DNA from: Octopus sinensis | Lineage: Eukaryota | Assembly (NCBI RefSeq): GCF_006345805.1 | Contig: NW_021833334.1 | Coordinates: forward strand, 1 to 26,835 | Direction of reading: 5' to 3' | DNA length: 26,835 nt | Part shown: positions 10,915-23,713 of the stretch, piece after piece | Numbering within the stretch: the first letter of the stretch is position 1 | Layout: every line of letters begins with the position of its first letter | Made by a program: the position numbers and the translations under genes | The notes under the pieces: model-generated | Told to the model about the DNA's origin: nothing | Seen by the model: only the letters and a program-made list of their open reading frames with translations | Databases searched by the model: none

Positions 10915-11290
10915 TATGTATGGATGCATGTCTGTAGGGAATTTAATTTATCTATGTAATGTAATGTATACTGATATGTAATGTAAGTATATATATGTAA
11001 TACATGTATGTATGCTTGCATGTGTAACGTGTGCATTCTTGTTTGCATCATGTATGCATGTATATATGCAATGCATTGTATGTACACAAGTAATGTATGC
11101 ATCTATGTAATGTATGTATGAATATGCATGATCTAATGCATATATATATATACATGCACGTCTGTATACATGCATACATGTCTACGTATATACATACATA
11201 TATACATACATACATACATACATACATACATACATACATACATGCCTACATACATCTATATATGTATATACATATATGTATATATATAGG
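10915..11290. repeat. (TATG)/(TACA)-type compound microsatellite
   Basis: Directly visible. Confidence 0.9.
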
Positions 11291-11364
11291 CCTTCGAATG
11301 TAGTATAGTCTGTCTCAAACATCAATTCCTATACAACTGCAGAAAGATATACATTATTAACTTA

Positions 11365-12147
11365 GTGCTGAAAAGCGAAGAGAAGAATATCCTGCGTGTC
11401 GGCAGCAAGCTCTTTGAGAAGCATTCTTTTCTTGGTGACCTCCGATACAACCCCTAAACTGCAGAACTATCATATTTCAGTGCAGACCTGGAAGAGAATG
11501 GGAAGAAGGACTCATTACAAACAACTTTCTGTAGGCCGTATCATATCGATCTGACAACGCCTGCTAAAAAAGCGCAGCAAAGAGAATTCGAGAGAAATGA
11601 TGTCAATAACGTCCTGCAGGTCGGTAGTGAAACCCACATGAATCATTCATTTCTTAATAACCTCCCATACGAACCCCAAAAAGTGCAATGCTTGCGTATC
11701 TCAACAAAGAACTTAAGAAGAAACACTCTGCACATCAGAGAAAGGCTATGCGTGTCTATGTTTCCTATAAACATAAGAGAGACATCGTATTTGAAACGTT
11801 CATGTACACTCCGATGTTGCCATCCTTTTCGCCGCGGAATCTGAAGGAGAAAATAAACAGAAGAGGATTTTGTCATAGTCACTATGAATAAAATCACATT
11901 TCTGGACTTCAAACGAAGTAATCAGAAAGTAGGACGCATGTGTTTCTACACCGTTACGCTTCAACAGTTACGAATAACGAATCAGCTTCTCATAGTAGAT
12001 AATATAGTGAGGTATTTCAATATACATATAGTCAAACTGAGATTTTTTGTCTCTAGAGACTACTTTCGCAGCGAAACGTCTTCACACGTTCGTACACGCA
12101 TTTGTTCCCACTGCATACAGTTTATGATGGGGAAGGTCTATTCATAG
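11365..12147 (+). pseudogene. Unidentified decayed coding segment with a 74-codon internal repeat
   Basis: Frame 1 is open from 11290 to 11844 except for TAA at 11455. NILRVGSKLFEKHSFLGDLRYNP (11386) aligns with NVLQVGSETHMNHSFLNNLPYEP (11608). Further short ORFs follow in shifted frames. Confidence 0.45.
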
Positions 12148-12454
12148 AGACGGTTACTATTTATAGCCGGTCAATTGTGGTTGTTGTTGTCGTTGCACAG
12201 GCTTTATACGTGACAGCTGATTTATGATTAACGGCGTTCCGACTGTGACCATCCCATCTGATTTGCATCTTTTATGCATAGTACACTATCCAATCTATCA
12301 TTCACATTCTTATATTACGGTCAGGTGTTATAAGAGAGAGAGGCAAAGAGAGAGAGAGAGAGTGAAACCGAGAGAGAGAGACGGAAAGAGAGACGTTATT
12401 GATGTTGCTTTTAATGTTGACATAAGTCTCACACCAATGAAAGGATAGGGTGAC

Positions 12455-13200
<746 letters not shown>

Positions 13201-13206
13201 CACTTA

Positions 13207-13273
13207 TGCTCGACTAATGGCGGTGCTCCAGCATGGACACAGTAAAAAATGACCGAAACAAGTAAAAGAGTAA
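13207..13273 (+). mobile_element. SINE family A, 3' tail fragment
   Basis: TGCTCGACTAATGGCGGTGCTCCAGCATGG...GAAACAAGTAAAAGAGTAAA. Confidence 0.85.
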
Positions 13274-13881
13274 ATCAAAAAATCTAAATGAAAATACAAC
13301 GAAACTTATTTAAAACGAAAAAAAAAATCATATGCTCATGGGAAATAACTCTTCTAGTCTGATATGCAGTTATCTCCCATGTCAAAGTTTTTTTTCTGAA
13401 ACTAAGGTTTTTTTTTTTCTCATTTAACCTCATGCATAGTTATACACAGAAAGAAGCTCATTAACCACAACTTATCTTGCTATTCAGTTAAAACATAATT
13501 TTCCTCCATAATTTTCTCTTAAAACCATTTAGCAATACTTTGAATAAATACAAACTTTATAATCATGAATTTATATAGTTCGCGCAGTTCTCTATTTATT
13601 ACAAAAAAAGACTGATTTTCAAATTATTTCAGTTAGATATTTCGATATTCCCACATTGACAGTTTATGTTTAGTTTATTACGTAGCAACGTTTTCAAAGA
13701 TATTTAACGTAAGAATCTACCTAGGAAATATAGTCCACGTTTTCATAAAAGTCTTGCAGAAGTTATCTCCCTTGAACCACATACTACTTTAACCAGGCGA
13801 TTCCGATGTGGCTCAGTTCCTGACCTTCACGTAAAAGCGTCTCTCTTATGATCAATTGAACAATCAAGCTAATTAATTATC

Positions 13882-14338
13882 GAGGCTGTGTGATAAGTAG
13901 CTTGCTTACGAACCACATGGCTCCGGGTTCACTGCCACTGCATGGCATCTTGGGCAAGTGTCTTCTACTATAGCCGCGGGCCAACCAAAGCCTTGTGAGT
14001 GGATTTGGTAGACGGAAACTGAAAGAAACACGTCGTATATATGTATGCATATATATAAATATATATATATGTATGTATGTGTATGTGTGTGTGTGTGTGT
14101 ATGTGTGCGTGTGTGTGTGTATGCTTGTGTGTCTGTGTTTGTCCTTCCAACATCGCTTGACAACCGATGCTGGTGTGTTTACGTCCCCGTCATATAGCGA
14201 TTCGGCAAAAAACACCGCTGGGTAAGTACAGGGCTTACAAAAAATAAGTCCTGGGGTCGATTTGCTCGACTAAAGGTGGTACTCCAGCATGGCCACAGTC
14301 AAATGACTGAAACAAGTAAAAGAGTAAAGGAGTAAAAT
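13882..14338 (+). mobile_element. SINE family A, near full length
   Basis: Head from GAGGCTGTGTGATAAGTAGC, internal (TA)/(TG) at about 14036-14125, and a tail ending GTAAAAGAGTAAAGGAGTAAAA. Confidence 0.92.
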
Positions 14339-14506
14339 AGTCTAATATACCCTTAATGTAACTCCCTAGTATTTAATTCTCTGTGTATGACACAGTGTGC
14401 GAAATTGTACCCCTTTATTCTCGCAAGGCTTGGGTTAAACCAAGGTTATAGGAAAGGCCATTATCAAAGATGCCACGCAGCGGAAATATTACCTCAATGA
14501 GTTTTT

Positions 14507-14719
14507 GGCGGTGAGCTGGCAGAAACGTTAGCATGTCTGGCGAATGCATAGCCGTATTTCGTCTGCCGCTACGTTCTGAGCTCAAATTCCACCGAGGTCG
14601 ACTTTGCCCAGGGTCTATTAAATAAGTACCAGTTACACACTGGGTCGATATAGTCCTTGTCTGTCCCTGTTTGTCCTCTTTGTGTTTATGCCCCTTGCGG
14701 TTAGTAAAGAAATAGGTAT
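14507..14719 (+). mobile_element. SINE family B with internal deletions
   Basis: GGCGGTGAGCTGGCAGAAACGTTAGC...GTAAAGAAATAGGTAT. It lacks segments present in the 25241 copies. Confidence 0.88.
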
Positions 14720-14862
14720 GCAGACTGTTCGATATCCACAAAAGGTTACAAGTTGTTTAGGGAGGTAAGACCTTTGACAGTAGCAACGATGATGTTCAAT
14801 GAACGGAAAACCCGATACTAAAATTAAAACGCAACTTGGGAAATCATCAACTGCGCCCAGTG

Positions 14863-15164
14863 GAGGCACATGGCCTAGTGGTTAGAGCAGCGGACTCGCG
14901 GTCGAGGAATCGCGGGTTCGAATATCAGACCGGATGATGTGTGTGTTTATAAGCGAAACACCTAAGCTCCACGCGGTACCGGCAGAAGGTAATGGCAAAA
15001 TTCTGCTGACTCTTTCGCCACGACTTTCTCTCACTCTTTCCTCCAGCGTCATGCAGCTCACCTGCGACGGACCAGCGTCCCGTCCAGATGGGGAACCTAT
15101 ACGCCAAGGAAACCGGGAAACCGGCCCTTATGAGCTAGGCATTGCTCGAGAAGGAACAAACTAT
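14863..15164 (+). mobile_element. SINE family C (tRNA-derived), full length with a 14-bp target site duplication
   Basis: A-box TGGCCTAGTGG (14871) and B-box-like GGTTCGAATAT (14915). It is flanked by AACTGCGCCCAGTG (14849-14862) and AACTGTGCCCAGTG (15165-15178). Confidence 0.9.
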
Positions 15165-15315
15165 AACTGTGCCCAGTGATACGAAGTGCCTGGATGTGGT
15201 TGAATCTATTCGCGCAAAAAATAATCTGTGAGCTTGTTGCAAATCTGGGTTGTGGATGCCATGTATTACAGAAGAACGTTAAAATATTTGGTTCAACAGA
15301 GTGGAAGACTGCGAT

Positions 15316-16077
15316 GTTTAGTCTTCAACCTCCGATGATATAAGATATAACATCATATCATATTTTGAGAGAGAGAGAGAGAGAGAGAGAGGGAGACGTT
15401 TGAAGCCAGTGAAATCGCATTCATGTTCTTTTTTGTCTTCGTATCACGTGATTTGTAATGGAAGGTGAGGTCTATGGTCGTTATAATACAGTAACGAAAG
15501 TTTAGCCCAAGCAACAGCATTATATCTTACATGGCCTGAAGAAGAGAGAGAGAGAGCGAATGATCGGTATAGAAAGTGATGGTGAATGGTTTTTGGGGTC
15601 AACAAAGGGAATCATTCGCCTTCATTTTCTGGAATGTGAGTAGATCTTTGACCAAAGATTATGTACCTGGGGCAACATTATTCAATGCTTCCTATTTTGT
15701 TAACACGGAAATATTTGAGTTGAGGGAGGTTTGGGTGCTATTTCTATGAAGGTGAATGATACTGCAAATGCTTGCTCCCTTCTAGCTAACTAGATTTTAA
15801 TGGCTGTTGTGACTTAATCTCCCTCTCTCTCTCTCTCTCTCTCAGTCTCTTGTTGAACTAATTTGGTGCCGAGTTGTGCCATTTTTATCGATATTTCACA
15901 TTGAATCATTAAGGTTTCATGCGACGGCGTTCAACAGAAGATGGACGGAGGGAGCGAGATAAACATGAATATTATCTTTTGTGTTGATCGTTTAACAATG
16001 CATTCGATAATAATAATGATAATGGTAATGGTAATGGTGATGATGATGATGATGATGATGACGATGATGATGATGAC

Positions 16078-16135
<58 letters not shown>

Positions 16136-16206
16136 GTGATGGTGATGATGATGGTGAAGGTGATGATGAAGATGATAACAACGATGATGATGTTAACAAC
16201 AACGGC

Positions 16207-16257
<51 letters not shown>

Positions 16258-16508
16258 GATAATAATAATAAATTAATGATAATAATATAATAATAATAAT
16301 AATAATAATAACAATAATAATAATAATAATAATAGTAATAATAATAATATAATATAATAATAATAATATGATAATAATAATAATAATGATAACGACAACA
16401 ACAATAGCAACAAAATCGATAACAATAAAAACCTTAATAATAATGGTAATAATATTCAAAATATGATATGATGTTATATCTTATATCATCGGAGGTTGAA
16501 GACTAAAC
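15316..16508. repeat. Perfect 53-bp inverted repeat pair (15316-15368 and 16456-16508)
   Basis: GTTTAGTCTTCAACCTCCGATGATATAAGATATAACATCATATCATATTTTGA and its exact reverse complement, checked base by base. Confidence 0.95.
16005..16455. repeat. (ATG)n to (ATA)n compound trinucleotide array
   Basis: Directly visible. Confidence 0.96.
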
Positions 16509-16974
16509 TTGTGAAGGACATTACACATTTGTAGTTATCTCACAAAGAAGTGTTAAAAAAAGCAGCCAAAAAGAAATGAAAAGGAAAGAAATAAGAAAAG
16601 GGAATTGTTGAAATGTATTAAGAACGATGTTCTTGTTGTATGATTGTTGTGTGTTGTATGATAAATCAATTAACCATGGGAGAAAGTCTCTTTCAGAAAA
16701 ACATACATTCATTAATATACATTAACCTCATGAGACATCAAATGTTGTAATCGAATTTATTACATGACAATATTCAAGGAAAGGAAGCGGTGTATACGCA
16801 ACGTCGGAACATTTAAGAAAACAAAAGAAAACAACAATAAAAGCATCAGCATCGACAACAACAAAATGGCCGCTGTAAGAAGAAGAGGAAAACAAAAAAG
16901 AAATGAGGGAAAAAAACGAGTCTATCAAATGGTGATAACAATGACCTCAGCCAGTTTATAGGAATAGAGAGAGG

Positions 16975-17333
16975 GATAGATAGAGAGTGAGATAGATAGA
17001 TAGATAAATATATATATATATATAGATAGATAGATAGATATAGATAAATAGATAGATAGATAGATAGAAAAATAGATAGATAGAAAGAAAGATATATATA
17101 TATATATGTGTGTGTGTATAGATAGATAGATAGATAGATAGATGGATAGATAGATAAGATAGATGGATAGATAGATAGACAGACAGACAGATAGGTAGAT
17201 AGATACACAGATAGATGGATAGATAGAAAGATAGACAGATAGATAGATAAGATAGATAGATAGATGGATAACTTTCTTTATTGGTCACACAGGGCTGGAC
17301 GGATAGATAGATAGATAGAGAGATAGATAGATG

Positions 17334-17399
<66 letters not shown>

Positions 17400-17410
17400 G
17401 AAACAGATAG
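16975..17410. repeat. (GATA)n arrays
   Basis: Directly visible. Confidence 0.95.
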
Positions 17411-18125
17411 GGTGAGAGAGAGGAAGGAAAGAGAGCAAGGGAGAAAAGAAATATGGCGAATACATCTCTCTATGACAAAAGACAATTGAGTGATGTTTCT
17501 GCCCATGAGACATTTATAATAAAATTAAAGAACCATTTGAAATATCCGCACCATACGAACAATAGAAAAGAAAAGCTGGGAAGAAACGTTGGTTACGGCG
17601 GGAGAAATAAAATAAAACAATAACGGATGAAAAAAAAAAAAGAATTATAAATATGGATATCAGAAATGGTATACAATTTGATAACATAGAAGAAAGGATA
17701 CTAAAACATATTGAGAGATTTTCTATGAGTGATCATAAGAAAAGATATAACATGCTGAGAGATTTTTTTTTTATTCTCTGATCGATAACAGGATGTAAAA
17801 TTGACAGAAATAATAAAAGGAAAAATATCGATTCCGTTGCAATATTAAAGAATGATTTTGGTAAATATTTAGAGAGCACGGCGTGGAATAAACCCGTTAA
17901 GTTTCCTGAAGGTGGGAGCTGGGATATCATTATTACTATTATTCTAAGTTCGGGACGGGAAAATTGTCCCCTCGGTCAATTGAAATGGGAAGGGAAGACT
18001 GCGGCGTATGGACCATGTTTTATGTTTTCTTTAAGGGCGGCTTGACGTGGAAGGCGGCCAGATCTATAATGGCGTTAAGAAAATAAGGGTCAAGCACAGC
18101 AGCAGAAGAAGAAGAGATGTGGGTG

Positions 18126-18166
18126 ATAATAGTAATAATAACAACAATAATAATAATAACAATAAT

Positions 18167-18242
<76 letters not shown>

Positions 18243-18245
18243 TAA

Positions 18246-18271
<26 letters not shown>
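18126..18271. repeat. (TAA)n/(CAT)n compound array
   Basis: Directly visible. It abuts the 5' truncation point of the R4/Dong-like element. Confidence 0.96.
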
Positions 18272-18276
<5 letters not shown>

Positions 18277-18789
18277 AGTACATACAGACCGAACCATCAA
18301 GGACAATAAACCAGATATTGTTGTGAAAGACCAAAACAATAAAGTTTGCTTATTGATCGACATGAGCATCCCCTGTGATCATAATATCTCAGCGAAAGAG
18401 TTTGACAAGCTCAGAAAATATAAAGACCTATCATTGAAATTGAGAAAATGTGGCATCTCAAGGCGGTTACAATACCAGTGATCGTAGGAGACTAGGAATG
18501 ATCAAGAAGAGAACCGAAAATTATATGAGAATGATCCCTGGCTTACCATCCCTGCAAGAAGTGCAAAAGATTGTCTTAACTGGTACATCACACGTATTGA
18601 GAAGAGCATTGTCGATGTGAGAATTATTACTACCCATGTATTTTAATTTAACTTAAAAAAAAAGAAATGAACGAACTATTGAGTTTAGTTTAATGGCCTA
18701 CCAATGTATACTATGAGTTTCTTTGCCCTAGGAGTCGGGAAGACACTCGGCAAAAAATGGAAGCAAATTTGAAAGAAGAAAAAAAAAAT
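18272..18789 (+). mobile_element. 5'-truncated R4/Dong-like non-LTR retrotransposon: REL endonuclease domain (two frameshifts), 3' UTR and A-rich end
   Basis: Translation gives FPVHTDRTIKDNKPDIVVKDQNNKVCLLIDMSIPCDHNISAKEFDKLRKYKDL/IEIEKMWHLKAVTIPVIVG/LGMIKKRTENYMRMIPGLPSLQEVQKIVLTGTSHVLRRALSM* (stop at 18618-18620). The PD..D..K restriction-like nuclease motif is present. Confidence 0.92.
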
Positions 18790-18796
18790 ATAATAA

Positions 18797-18881
18797 GCCT
18801 TTCTACTGGAATTCGGTGGGAGTATATTAGTCGAGTTCATCGACCCGTGGTGCTCAACTGGTTCATATCTGATCGACCCCC
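18797..18881 (-). mobile_element. SINE family B, 3' fragment
   Basis: Minus strand GGGGGTCGAT...CCAGTTGAGCAC...GGGTCGATG...AGTAGAAAGG. Confidence 0.65.
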
Positions 18882-18947
18882 TAAATATGTATATAAAGTA
18901 TATATCTTAGAAACACATGTAGTTTGTATGATTGTGCATACATACTA

Positions 18948-19195
18948 CAGGGTTGGCCCAAAGTCACCCGACAGTAAATCAAAATTCCATAAACACTTAA
19001 GATTCAGTTTATTTATTCATTCTAATTAATAATGTTTAATGATTGAATGAATGCTGTGAGTTAAAAATCACATTTTTTTTTGTCTTTACACCATTTGTCT
19101 AATAATTAGCGAAATCTCATTTAAAACAATTTTTTGTTTTAATCTTGGAATTAAGTGGTTTTGATTTACTGTCAGGTGACTTTTGGCCAACCCTG
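18948..19195. mobile_element. MITE, Tc1/mariner type, 248 bp
   Basis: 37-bp TIRs CAGGGTTGGCCCAAAGTCACCCGACAGTAAATCAAAA (2 mismatches), TA on both sides, and an AT-rich non-coding interior. Confidence 0.93.
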
Positions 19196-19202
19196 TATAC
19201 TT

Positions 19203-19612
19203 TTTTACTCTTTTACTTGTTTCAGTCATGTAACTGCGGCCATGCTGGAGCACCGCCTTTAGTCGAGCAAATCGACACCAGAACTTATTCTGTGTAAGCC
19301 TTATTCTATTAATCGCCTTTGCCGAACCGCTAAGTTACGGGGACTTAAACACACTACTATCGGTTGTCAAGCGATGTGGGTTGGGTGGGGTGGAGGACAA
19401 ATACAGACACACGAACATATACACACATACATATATATATACATATATACGACGGGTTTCTTTTCAGTTTCCGTCTACCAAATCCCCTCACAGGCTTTGG
19501 TCGGCCCTAGGCTATAGTAGAAGACACTTGCCCAAGGTACCACGCAGTGGGACTGTACCTGGAACCACGTGGTTCGTAAGCAATCTACTTACAACACAGC
19601 CACTCCTACGCC
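19203..19612 (-). mobile_element. SINE family A, full length
   Basis: Reverse complement of the family A layout. Its tail lies 7 bp from the MITE's right end. Confidence 0.92.
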
Positions 19613-19635
19613 TATATATATATATGTATATAAAC

Positions 19636-19764
19636 ACTTATTTTATCGACCCCCTCAAAAAAAAAAAAAAATGGAAGGATAACTTGATCTTGGCGGAATT
19701 TGAACTTGGAGCATAAAGTCAGACGAAATTCCGTCAAGCATTTTGCTCGCTTTGCTAACGACTC
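19636..19764 (-). mobile_element. SINE family B, 5' fragment, diverged
   Basis: GGCGGAATTTGAAC...GACGAAAT...AAGCATTT...GCTAACGA matches the plus-strand text of 25741-25820. Confidence 0.7.
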
Positions 19765-20199
19765 AACTCACCACATTAAAGCGATTGATGAAAAACGACT
19801 GATGGAGACTAATCGAAACCTAGAAAATATGGCGGACGGAGAATTCCCCTAACAACAAGACAATATTCCATAATGAATTTGCAGTACCAGTGCTAATAGC
19901 AACGTTTGAGATACTAGTCTACATCGTAGAAAAAATTTATTTCGTTCCGTAGATTTTTAAAAGCGGGAAGAATTTGGTATTAACTTCGAGCAGTAAGCAA
20001 CCTTTTGTACTGAGTGACTGTGATTCATACACATAATGAATAACATACATCCACTAATAAACTCACTCAGACAAACACATACACTTACACACCAAAAACA
20101 CACATACACACACTTGCGTAAAAACATACAGATATATAGAGCCACGCACGATACAGAAGTATAGACGCACACATACATACACACAAATACATACATACA

Positions 20200-20482
20200 C
20201 ACATACATACATACACACTTACACACATACATACATATATAATACATACATACATACATACATACATACATACATACATACATACATACATACACACACA
20301 CATACATACATACATATGTACATACATATATACATACATATATACATACATATATACATACATAGATACATACATATATACATACATACATAGATACATA
20401 CATACATATGTACATACATATATACATACATAGATACATACATATATACATACATAGATACATACATATATACATACATACA

Positions 20483-20516
<34 letters not shown>

Positions 20517-20522
20517 CATACA

Positions 20523-20556
<34 letters not shown>

Positions 20557-20634
20557 CATACATACATACATATGTACATACATATATACATACATATATA
20601 CATACATAGATACATACATATATACATACATACA

Positions 20635-20665
<31 letters not shown>

Positions 20666-20854
20666 GTACATACATATATACATACATATATACATACATA
20701 TATACATACATATATACATATATACATACATACATACAAACATACATACATACATATATACATACATATATACATACATAGATACATACATACATACATA
20801 TGTACATACATATATACATACACACATACATACATACATATATACATACATACA

Positions 20855-20888
<34 letters not shown>

Positions 20889-20986
20889 CATACATACATA
20901 GATACATACATACATACATATGTACATACATATATACATACATATATACATACATAGATACATACATATATACATGCATACATACA

Positions 20987-21017
<31 letters not shown>

Positions 21018-21222
21018 GTACATACATATATACATACATATATACATACATATATACATACATATATACATACATATATACATACATACATACAAACACA
21101 CATACATACATACATATATACATACATATATACATACATAGATACATACATACATACATATGTACATACATATATACATACACACATACATACATACATA
21201 TATACATACATACATACATACA

Positions 21223-21256
<34 letters not shown>

Positions 21257-21760
21257 CATACATATATACATACATAGATACATACATACATACATATGTA
21301 CATACATATATACATACATATATACATACATAGATACATAAATATATACATACATACATACATACATACATATGTACATACATATATACATCATATATAC
21401 ACCATACATATATCATACATAATACATACATATTACATACATAATACAACACACATACATACATACATATATACATACATATATACATACATAGATACAT
21501 ACATACATACATATGTACATACATATATACTACACACATACATACATACATATATACATCCATACATACATACATATTACATACATATATACATACATAG
21601 ATACATACATACATACATATGTACATACATATATACATACACACATACATACATACATATATACATATATACATACATACATATATACATACATATATAC
21701 ATACACACATACATACATACATATATACATACATACATACATACATATATACATACGCGT
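20200..21760. repeat. About 1.5-kb (TACA)n-based array with higher-order repeats
   Basis: Directly visible. Lines 20761-20880 and 21121-21240 are identical. Confidence 0.97.
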
Positions 21761-22616
21761 GCATACACAGACAGACACACATTAACACACACAAACACGC
21801 ACACATGGGTGCGTGCACATACACACACATACTCTCACACACGCGCACACACATGGGCACACATACACTCTCACACTCGTACGCATACACACATGCACAC
21901 ACATTCACTCACACACACATACACCTACCACACATACACACATAAGTGCGCACACACAGTCACAGACACACACTGTTACAGACGCACAGTCACACACACA
22001 CAGTGACACCCACACACACAATCGCACACACACATTCACACACTCAAACACACGTAATTATACACACACACATTAACGCACACACACGCACACTCACTCA
22101 TGCAGACACACTGACACACACATACGCATACACACACATGCATACACGCAACACATCCAAGCATCCGCAATCTCACGCACAAAACACATTTACAGAAACA
22201 TCAAACGCATACACACCACACACACACATGATCGTTCACTAAACACACAAACGCACTTACAAACAAAACGCACACGTTCAAAGACCACCATACACCTACA
22301 TACATACATAATACATACACACATACACACATACATACATACATACATACATACATACATACATACATACATACACACATACACACATACATACATATAT
22401 AATACATACATACATACATACAAACAAACATACATACATACATACTTACATACATACACACATACACACTTACACACATACATACATAGATACAAACATA
22501 CACACATACACACATACACACATACATACATAGATAAACTTTCTCTCATCTCTCTTACATAGATTCAGATACTTTCGCACTCAGAAACTCTCACACACAC
22601 ACACAATCACGCGCAA

Positions 22617-22689
<73 letters not shown>

Positions 22690-22690
22690 C
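21760..22690. repeat. Degenerate (CA)n/(TACA)n tract
   Basis: Directly visible. Confidence 0.9.
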
Positions 22691-22959
22691 ACTGGCAATG
22701 TACTTATTTCCCTCCAAGAAGCTAAATCAAAATCAAAAATTAATTTGAAGAACATCTTAAAATCTTTAAAAGTAAAACATCTTCAGAATGGTAAAAGAGA
22801 AAAAGACAAAACGAAGAATGGAAGACGCGGAATAAACGAACGGGAAAGTTCTTGCGATATTTTATATATCCATGCATTTATATATACACTCATAGAAACA
22901 TACACGCAGGCACACATATAGTCATACATTCATACATTCATACATTGAGACATGCATAT

Positions 22960-22960
22960 G

Positions 22961-23006
<46 letters not shown>

Positions 23007-23044
23007 ATATACCTACATACATACATAAATATATACATACATAT

Positions 23045-23075
<31 letters not shown>

Positions 23076-23121
23076 ATGTATATTTATGCTTGTGTTCATA
23101 TGTATGTATATATACAAGCAT

Positions 23122-23155
<34 letters not shown>

Positions 23156-23418
23156 TTGTGTGTATATATATATATTTATATATATAAAAATTTATGTATA
23201 TATATACATATATATATATATTCCATACATACACACACACAGACACATATACACTTTATCTATCTATGTATCTATCTATGTGTATATAGATATAATTAAA
23301 TTTGTGTGTACATATATATATATACATATATATTCATAGACACACACACACATATAAATATATATATATATATAACTTCAAATATCTATCTATCTGTCTA
23401 TCACACACACATACAGAA

Positions 23419-23474
<56 letters not shown>

Positions 23475-23640
23475 ATATATATATACACACACACACATAT
23501 ATATGTGTGTATATACACTCACATACACATACATACATACTAATACATATATATATATATGCATACATGCCTATGCACGGCACAGATGCAGACTCTCTCT
23601 ACACACACACACGCAGACATATATGCATGTACATGTGCAA
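22960..23640. repeat. (CT)n/(TA)n/(TG)n compound microsatellites
   Basis: Directly visible. Confidence 0.9.
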
Positions 23641-23713
23641 GATGCACATAAATGCACATACAGTCTGGAAATATGATCCGGTGAGATTTCCGAGATATAT
23701 TTCCGACTGCATT

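Noticed and set aside
12050-12085. GCGAAACGTCTTCA resembling the 3' half of a Penelope-type hammerhead
   Set aside because: There is no CUGANGA upstream and no stem I pairing.
14863-14935. Possible tRNA gene (also 23714-23805 and the family A heads)
   Set aside because: A and B boxes are present, but there is no complete cloverleaf or acceptor stem and the sequence continues into SINE bodies.
15316-16508. Autonomous DNA transposon defined by the 53-bp inverted repeats
   Set aside because: There is no TSD, no recognisable TIR end motif and no transposase ORF. It is kept only as an inverted duplication finding.
19799-19818. CTGATGG-GACTAATC-GAAAC, a hammerhead-like string
   Set aside because: The core A9 is replaced by G, and there is no stem III with a UH cleavage site or a stem I.
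19957-22006. Very long ORFs (607, 468, 396, 289 and 236 aa) of MYVC/YIHT repeats
   Set aside because: These are translations of (TACA)n/(TATG)n, which lack stop codons in several frames. There is no evidence of coding.
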